From IMG/VR virus record IMGVR_UViG_3300022926_000002: DNA of 64,000 nt; one strand, 5' to 3'. This document shows positions 58,157-64,000 of this stretch, piece after piece. The position numbers and the translations under genes were made by a program. The stretch is from an uncultured virus (IMG/VR IMGVR_UViG_3300022926_000002). Taxonomy: Duplodnaviria > Heunggongvirae > Uroviricota > Caudoviricetes. The notes below the pieces were generated by a model. It did no database searches and had not been told where the DNA came from. It worked only from the letters and a program-made list of their open reading frames with translations. The stretch's first letter is position 1; each line of letters begins with the position of its first letter.

Positions 58157-59377
58157 TCAATTACCTTTCATAAAATAATCCCACGCAAAACTAACTTTTG
58201 ATTTATCAGAAATCATATTTCTTTTATTATTATAAATTGACGGATGTACCCACCAATCTTCATGAGCGTTAATAGGATCAACACTAAGGTCTTGTACCAT
58301 CAGTTTATATCCTATCTTATGAAGTATATCCCGTGAGTTATCTTTAAAATCGTTTTGCCACCAACAATAATTATGTTGGAATTGGATAATCCCAAATTCA
58401 TATTTGTTAAATGGTATTTTTGTTAATACATCAAGAGATGTTTGTTCAGAATTAATGCGTAAAAAATCAACGTATTGTTCCATACAAGATTGATTAAACA
58501 ACAAGTCAAAATTAATTTGGGAGGCATCACTAAGGATAATCTGACTTGTTCTTTCTCTTGAATGTATATAACACATTCTTTCGTCGTTGTCAATACTAAT
58601 ACCTTTCCACCCAAATTCTTTTTCAAGCAATGCGGTATTATTACATTCAGTTGGATGCCCAGAACCTATTTCAATAAACGATCCACCTTTTTTACCATCT
58701 GTTACTGATAATACAAATAAGTCTTGCATATGCCGGGCATAGTTTTGTTTAATATTTTCAAATCCAGGAAACGGAAACTTGTACAGGTCTTTATCTTCAT
58801 CGGTGTATGGTATACGATGTGGATATCCTATTTTATTAATCCATTCGCAAACATCCTGAAACGATTCTTTGTCCAAACTTTCTCTATGCTTTGCTTTGAA
58901 TAATAATAGTTTTGAACTATCAACACCATCAGATTTCCAACGAGCAATTGCGTATTGTGCCGCAAATGCCGACATACCTGGAAACCCTATATTAAGATCA
59001 CCTTCCGCAGTTGTATTTTTGCCAATACTACTCCATACAAGTGCATCTCTATAATTGTCTTGAGTTATTGATAATTGTGCAAGAAAGTAATATGCTTCAG
59101 GTCTTTCAGGCATAACCTGAATTGCGTTTTTAAGTAATCCCCAAACGGTTTGAGATCTCCTACCTGCTTCATCATAAACCGCAGCACCACGTATCAAACT
59201 TTTATATTGTATGATACGTTCTTCTTCTGTAACACCGGGTGAATAATCCGCGGCTCTTAAATAGAATGTAAAGGCGGCAGCTAATTGGCCAAGTTTAAAA
59301 TATTCTTCTGCAAGTGCAAATGATTTCCAAGGATTATCATAGTCAAGAACGACTTCATTTAGTAAATTATTAATCAT
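58157..59377 (-). CDS. TPR plus FkbM-like methyltransferase
   Basis: PERPEAYYFLA TPR; QDLFV, FIEIGSG, NNT.LLE..GWKGISID, EDWWVHP. Confidence 0.75.
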   Translation of the reverse strand: MINNLLNEVVLDYDNPWKSFALAEEYFKLGQLAAAFTFYLRAADYSPGVTEEERIIQYKSLIRGAAVYDEAGRRSQTVWGLLKNAIQVMPERPEAYYFLAQLSITQDNYRDALVWSSIGKNTTAEGDLNIGFPGMSAFAAQYAIARWKSDGVDSSKLLLFKAKHRESLDKESFQDVCEWINKIGYPHRIPYTDEDKDLYKFPFPGFENIKQNYARHMQDLFVLSVTDGKKGGSFIEIGSGHPTECNNTALLEKEFGWKGISIDNDERMCYIHSRERTSQIILSDASQINFDLLFNQSCMEQYVDFLRINSEQTSLDVLTKIPFNKYEFGIIQFQHNYCWWQNDFKDNSRDILHKIGYKLMVQDLSVDPINAHEDWWVHPSIYNNKRNMISDKSKVSFAWDYFMKGN

Positions 59378-59379
59378 AG

Positions 59380-60420
59380 TTATACCTTAGTTAAAAAATC
59401 AAAGAATACGCCTTTTGGCATTTTCAAAATATATGATGCGTTATCACTTAAACCAAATGAGATTAAGATATCTGTTTCGGTAAATGTAACACCGGTTACA
59501 AACTCAATATTAAATTCCTGACTTTTTGCATGGTCATAATAAGTACCCATAAAATGAAATTCTTTTGATGTATGTATAATGTTCCAATCATTATCCCAAA
59601 CAACTACACGGTGTGCATAATTACCATCTTTTCTAAAGAAAGAGTCTTTGAGCAAATTTGTTTCATGGCAAAATGCCATTTGCTTATTATCATCAATACG
59701 AATAACCTGAGAACCGCCGCGCAAATCTTTTTGTAAATTAGCACGTTGGTCTTCACTTAACTGAACGGCATCCTCACAAGTACCTTCTTCAATGTTAAAT
59801 TTAACAACCTGAGTTGGGTTTGACCATTTAACAAAATGCCAAGGCATATCTAAAATAGGCATCCAATTCTTTTCACAATATGATTTATCACCATTTGGTG
59901 CAGGAATTGGGTGACGACTAATTTCTTTCCATTCAGTACCATCGTGTTCAACGTGGCACATTTCCATACGTCCTGTACCTTTATCATCATAGCAATCACG
60001 GCGAACACCGCAAAGGTACATTTTATCATCCCATTTAAATAAACGTGCATCCTCAAGGCCGACAAAGTTCCATGTTGGTTTAGTATCTAAAACCATATTT
60101 ACTCGACCTGCCGACAGCAGTTTGAAATCTTTATCGTATTCGCATAGAATGTTATGTGTTCCTAGTTTAACATCATCTTCAGGATGTATATAAACTAATG
60201 GTCCCCACTGATGTGGAAACTTTTTACCTTCACTGTGATATAGGATATAATTGATATGGCGAACATTAACAAACATCCTATCACCATCTAAAAAGATGCT
60301 AGGATTCATTAGGCCGGTATCTTCGCCGCCTAGTACTTCTCTTGGAATAATAATAGGATGTATTTCACCGCCACGTTTAAGAGCGTATGTAGCCAGCCCA
60401 CCTATATGCAAATCGTGCAT
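59380..60420 (-). CDS. beta-propeller glycosidase-like protein (GH130-like)
   Basis: NPSI, GLEDARL, EKNWMP, LRGGSQ, IEF..G, SFG..D. Confidence 0.6.
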   Translation of the reverse strand: MHDLHIGGLATYALKRGGEIHPIIIPREVLGGEDTGLMNPSIFLDGDRMFVNVRHINYILYHSEGKKFPHQWGPLVYIHPEDDVKLGTHNILCEYDKDFKLLSAGRVNMVLDTKPTWNFVGLEDARLFKWDDKMYLCGVRRDCYDDKGTGRMEMCHVEHDGTEWKEISRHPIPAPNGDKSYCEKNWMPILDMPWHFVKWSNPTQVVKFNIEEGTCEDAVQLSEDQRANLQKDLRGGSQVIRIDDNKQMAFCHETNLLKDSFFRKDGNYAHRVVVWDNDWNIIHTSKEFHFMGTYYDHAKSQEFNIEFVTGVTFTETDILISFGLSDNASYILKMPKGVFFDFLTKV

Positions 60421-60449
60421 TATGCCTCCATAATATAAACATTATTTAA

Positions 60450-60782
60450 TTAAACCCAAACAGGGTTTCTTTGTGTCATAGTCAATTTGTCAATCTTTTG
60501 TTGAATTTTTTGATTGATAATTTGCTCATGAGGTTCGTCTATCGTTGCTTTCACCCAATTGATAACCGTTTCTTCAGTTAAGGAATCGAGTGATACAAAA
60601 CTGTCAGCGGATGTATCAACGGCAGACAAAGTGGTACGTCCCAAATATGTTGCTTCATTACCACTTAAATCTGTACCGATCTTTTTCCACTTAACTTCAA
60701 TAACGGCATTTTCAAGAGTGTCGCCGTTACTATTAACCTGATTTTTTGTTCCAAGTTTTACGACTTTCCATTCATATACCAT
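60450..60782 (-). CDS. fibre-associated small protein (paralogue 1)
   Basis: YEW.V..L, V.W...GTD, FV....LTEETVI.WV. Confidence 0.65.
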   Translation of the reverse strand: MVYEWKVVKLGTKNQVNSNGDTLENAVIEVKWKKIGTDLSGNEATYLGRTTLSAVDTSADSFVSLDSLTEETVINWVKATIDEPHEQIINQKIQQKIDKLTMTQRNPVWV

Positions 60783-60799
60783 TTAGTTCTTTCCTTATC

Positions 60800-61186
60800 C
60801 TAAGCTTCAGGGTCTGGCGTTACTGATTCGCCTGATGCCCAAGGCAAGTCATTTGGTGCAACTTCTTCTTCATTTTCTCTATCAATTTGCAATTGAATTT
60901 GCTCATCAATGTGTGCTTTATAAGATGGTGAACCATCAACAACTGCTGTGATCCAACCGATAACAGCTGCTTCAGTTAAATCTTCAAATGCTGTAAATGT
61001 TCCTGCTGGTACATTAGCCGCGGTAAAAGGTGTTGCTCCTGCAAACTCTCCTGCGTTACCATTTGCGTCTGTTCCTTTAACTCTCCAAAAAGTTTGAACA
61101 ACAGCGTTTGTATTAGTTTCGCCGTCGATATTAACCTCATCTTTTACCTTAAGGCTTTCGACCGACCATTCATATGTAAATGCCAT
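60800..61186 (-). CDS. fibre-associated small protein (paralogue 2)
   Basis: YEWSV..L, V.T.W...GTD, F..FEDLTEA.VIGW, LPW. Confidence 0.65.
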   Translation of the reverse strand: MAFTYEWSVESLKVKDEVNIDGETNTNAVVQTFWRVKGTDANGNAGEFAGATPFTAANVPAGTFTAFEDLTEAAVIGWITAVVDGSPSYKAHIDEQIQLQIDRENEEEVAPNDLPWASGESVTPDPEA

Positions 61187-61218
61187 TTTTAAATCTCCGT
61201 CTGTGATTGTAGTTATAT

Positions 61219-64000
61219 TTATTCTTTATTGCTCATGAGCATTGTAACCATTTCTGTCAATTTGTCAATGGCTTTTTTCTGCTCATCTATTTGCTTTTGT
61301 TGTTTATTTATTGTTTCCTGCTGCTCTTTTGTTGACTCAATAAGTAGTCCAACCATGTTGCCATAGTTAACTGCTTTACGTTTACCACCGCCAGCATCAT
61401 TTGGATCGAGTGTGTCAATCTCATAAACAATACCTGGTAAAACTTTTTCAACTTGTTGAGCGATAACGCCGGTATGTCGGCCATCACGGTCGATATATTT
61501 ATAAGTGATACCATCAAGTGACATTACCTTTTCAACAGCATTATCAATAACTTCAACATCTTCTTTATAGCGGATATCCGAGAAATCAACATATGCTGTA
61601 ATATTCTCATCACACTGAATAGCACCATAAGAATTTATCCCATTCATCAGTGACGTGCCGGCGGGATTAGTGTAATATGTGGTGTCATTTTGGTCATAGA
61701 AAATTGGAGCACGGAAAGAAGATCGAGCTTCAAAGTAATTAGATCTCGTACGACCTTCCCAGGTACCATTGTAGTAAATATATGTAATATAGTCTTGGTC
61801 AGCATAAATAATTGCTTCACCATTGTCATGGTACATCGAGAAAATAGAACCGTCATCATCCCAATAATGCCGTCCACACGCAGTACCGTTCGAGTCGCGG
61901 TAATAAATTTCACCATGGTCGTTGTTGTTTGAACGGATTGAGCAAGTATCTGAATCATCATCGTACCAATCCCAACCATCATTCAAAGAATAAATGTTGG
62001 CGTTAATGCCATTCATACGTGAAGTTGAGGCGGGGTTTGTGTAATAGCCTGTGTCATTTTGGTCATAGAAAAGTGGTGCCCGGAATGACCCGCGTGCTTC
62101 AAAATAGCTAGATCTTGTACGACCTTCCCAAGTACCGTTATAATAAATGTAGGTGATATAATCTTCATCAGCATAAATAATTGCTTCACCGTTATCGTGG
62201 TACATTGAGAAAATTGACCCATCATCATCCCAATAGTGTCTACCACAGGCTGTGCCATTACTATCACGGTAATAAATTTCACCGTGGTCGTTGTTATTTG
62301 AACGAATATTGAAAGTATCACCGTCATCATCGTATAAATCCCAACCATCATTGAACTGAAGGAAGTTAAGATTAATTTGGTTCATACGAGAAGTTGATGC
62401 AAAGTCTCCGTAATAAGCACTGTCGTTTGAGTCGTAATAACGGCCTGCATACATTGATCCGCCGTTTGTACTGTTTTCATCAAGTACAGGAATTGTTCTC
62501 CAAGATCTAAACGAACTACCCCAAGTTGAGCGGAACCGAAGGTTTGTAATCGGACCACCAACCATTTGCCAACCATAACGGTTGCTACCGTTTGAGTAGT
62601 GATATGACTGAATACCAACCCAGTGAGAAGTACCTGAAGGCTGGTTGCCTGGGTTTGACCACGAGTCAATAAATCCTGAACCCCAGTCAGCAACAGTGGA
62701 GGTCATATCTTGACGACCCCAACCCATGGCGCCTGTCCAATAGTCGCTGTTACTTGTAATACGAATACGAGCACGATAGTATTCACCACTATCACGAGTA
62801 TGCCCAGGCATTGATAGGTAAGACATTGTTTGGTTGTTCACACCACGGAAACGAGTAGAGTTGGTTGAACCGCCGTTAAACATACCAAAGGTATCATTTG
62901 AGTCATACCATAATTGACCGCGTGCCGATGAACCTTCAAACAGACCGTAGTCAGCACCAACAATTCTAAATCTCCAACTTGCACCGTTATTAAGGAAACC
63001 AACGTTGTTACCATTGTCGGCATACACATAGCCACGAACGGTACCAGCATACTCATCTCTAAACCTAATACCGTTTGCGCCGGTGCCACCAGCAATGTTC
63101 CAATAATCATCGTTATCAGAATACCAATGTTGCCCTGATCCTTGGTTATATAGACCTTCACCAGAGTTATCGTTGCGGAACCAGTTTCTTGCATAGAATT
63201 CGTTACCACGAACACCGGTGTTAAAGTTAGAGAATGACGATGGATCACAATAGTAACCAGTATTATTTGAGTCATAAAAGATTGGTGCTCGGAGTGAGCT
63301 TGATGCTTGTGTTACACCATCATTTCTTGCTTGGAATACCCAAGTGTTTGTAATATTACCTGAACCGGCACCATGTTGTCCAAGATATATACCAGATCCG
63401 TTATCGTTATTGTTATTTGAGTCGGCATTAAAATAAAAGTTGTTATATGAGTTAAATCTCAAATCATCAGAAATACCACCACCGTTATTACGTGAGGAAA
63501 TACTATGATAATCAGAATCATTACCGTAGAATGTGATAAAGTCACCGCGGTCACGCATATCGAGCCTATCAGCACGAACTGTAACCATTTCAGATGTTGA
63601 ATTTGGATTTACATAGTAACCTGTGTTGTTACTATCATAAAAGATTGGTGCTCTTAAAGATGAGCCAGCTTGCAAGTTATTATTAACATAGACGTTATTT
63701 GCACCTAAAGGATCAGAACCGTTGTTAACTGACATAACCTGAGTAGCCATGTTATAATCATTATAAAAACGCATACCTTGGTAGCTAGCGTTTGCACCAA
63801 ACTTAATACCTGTATGGAATGCAATGCGCATATCTGGGTATGGGTATGACCAACCACCAGATTCTCGGTAAATAGCGTAAGCAGTAGATCTTCCTGAATC
63901 CCAGTATAAACCAAAGCCATCGTTAGAAGAAACAGCGCCATCATTTGTAAAGTAATTGGCTCGGACGTTATTAAATCGAGAAGTACTTGCCGGATCTGCG
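61219..64000 (-). CDS. long modular tail fibre with C-terminal intramolecular chaperone (peptidase S74); 5'-truncated by the window
   Basis: frame stays open from 63999 (ADPASTSRFNNV...); RAPIFYD.N.TGYY.NP linkers; SDIRYKEDV..GVIAQQVEKV.P..VNYGNMVGLLIE chaperone plus coiled coil. Confidence 0.88.
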   Translation of the reverse strand, partial: ADPASTSRFNNVRANYFTNDGAVSSNDGFGLYWDSGRSTAYAIYRESGGWSYPYPDMRIAFHTGIKFGANASYQGMRFYNDYNMATQVMSVNNGSDPLGANNVYVNNNLQAGSSLRAPIFYDSNNTGYYVNPNSTSEMVTVRADRLDMRDRGDFITFYGNDSDYHSISSRNNGGGISDDLRFNSYNNFYFNADSNNNNDNGSGIYLGQHGAGSGNITNTWVFQARNDGVTQASSSLRAPIFYDSNNTGYYCDPSSFSNFNTGVRGNEFYARNWFRNDNSGEGLYNQGSGQHWYSDNDDYWNIAGGTGANGIRFRDEYAGTVRGYVYADNGNNVGFLNNGASWRFRIVGADYGLFEGSSARGQLWYDSNDTFGMFNGGSTNSTRFRGVNNQTMSYLSMPGHTRDSGEYYRARIRITSNSDYWTGAMGWGRQDMTSTVADWGSGFIDSWSNPGNQPSGTSHWVGIQSYHYSNGSNRYGWQMVGGPITNLRFRSTWGSSFRSWRTIPVLDENSTNGGSMYAGRYYDSNDSAYYGDFASTSRMNQINLNFLQFNDGWDLYDDDGDTFNIRSNNNDHGEIYYRDSNGTACGRHYWDDDGSIFSMYHDNGEAIIYADEDYITYIYYNGTWEGRTRSSYFEARGSFRAPLFYDQNDTGYYTNPASTSRMNGINANIYSLNDGWDWYDDDSDTCSIRSNNNDHGEIYYRDSNGTACGRHYWDDDGSIFSMYHDNGEAIIYADQDYITYIYYNGTWEGRTRSNYFEARSSFRAPIFYDQNDTTYYTNPAGTSLMNGINSYGAIQCDENITAYVDFSDIRYKEDVEVIDNAVEKVMSLDGITYKYIDRDGRHTGVIAQQVEKVLPGIVYEIDTLDPNDAGGGKRKAVNYGNMVGLLIESTKEQQETINKQQKQIDEQKKAIDKLTEMVTMLMSNKE
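61644..62381 (-). repeat. tandem duplication of a 369-nt (123-aa) fibre module
   Basis: matching anchors at 61684/62053 and 61971/62340; NDGWD..RSNNNDHGEIYYRDSNGTACGRHYWDDDG occurs twice. Confidence 0.9.

Noticed and set aside
61644..62381. Diversity-generating retroelement TR/VR pair
   Set aside because: Both copies are in frame in one gene, differences are mostly synonymous rather than adenine-specific, and no reverse transcriptase is in the window.
1..64000. tRNA genes or stop-codon reassignment
   Set aside because: No cloverleaf seen in the short intergenic gaps; core genes are full length under the standard code.

Overview
A 64-kb segment of an AT-rich T4-like myovirus genome, probably marine. 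The host is most likely an alphaproteobacterium (Rhodobacteraceae-like), inferred from a Shemin-pathway ALA synthase, a GapR/DUF2312 homologue and a SleB-type hydrolase. The + strand (1-42945) carries a lysis cassette, replication and nucleotide genes (primase, thyX, nrdB with an ATP-cone, nrdA, ligase, RNase H, dNMP kinase), auxiliary metabolic genes (hemA, ybaN, phoH, many sugar-modifying enzymes), a 1753-aa fibre protein and many small early genes. The - strand (43033-64000) carries the T4 morphogenesis block (gp13-gp23), a sugar-enzyme trio and a partial modular tail fibre. The strongest unexplained signal is a family of sigma70 early promoters with GANTC (the CcrM methylation site) at fixed positions and a CtrA-like TTAAC(C/T)AT abutting the -35 box. 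With GapR, this suggests that early phage transcription may read the host cell-cycle and methylation state. No tRNA, rRNA, CRISPR array, intron or transposase was seen. All product calls come from motif recognition by eye; no database searches were run.
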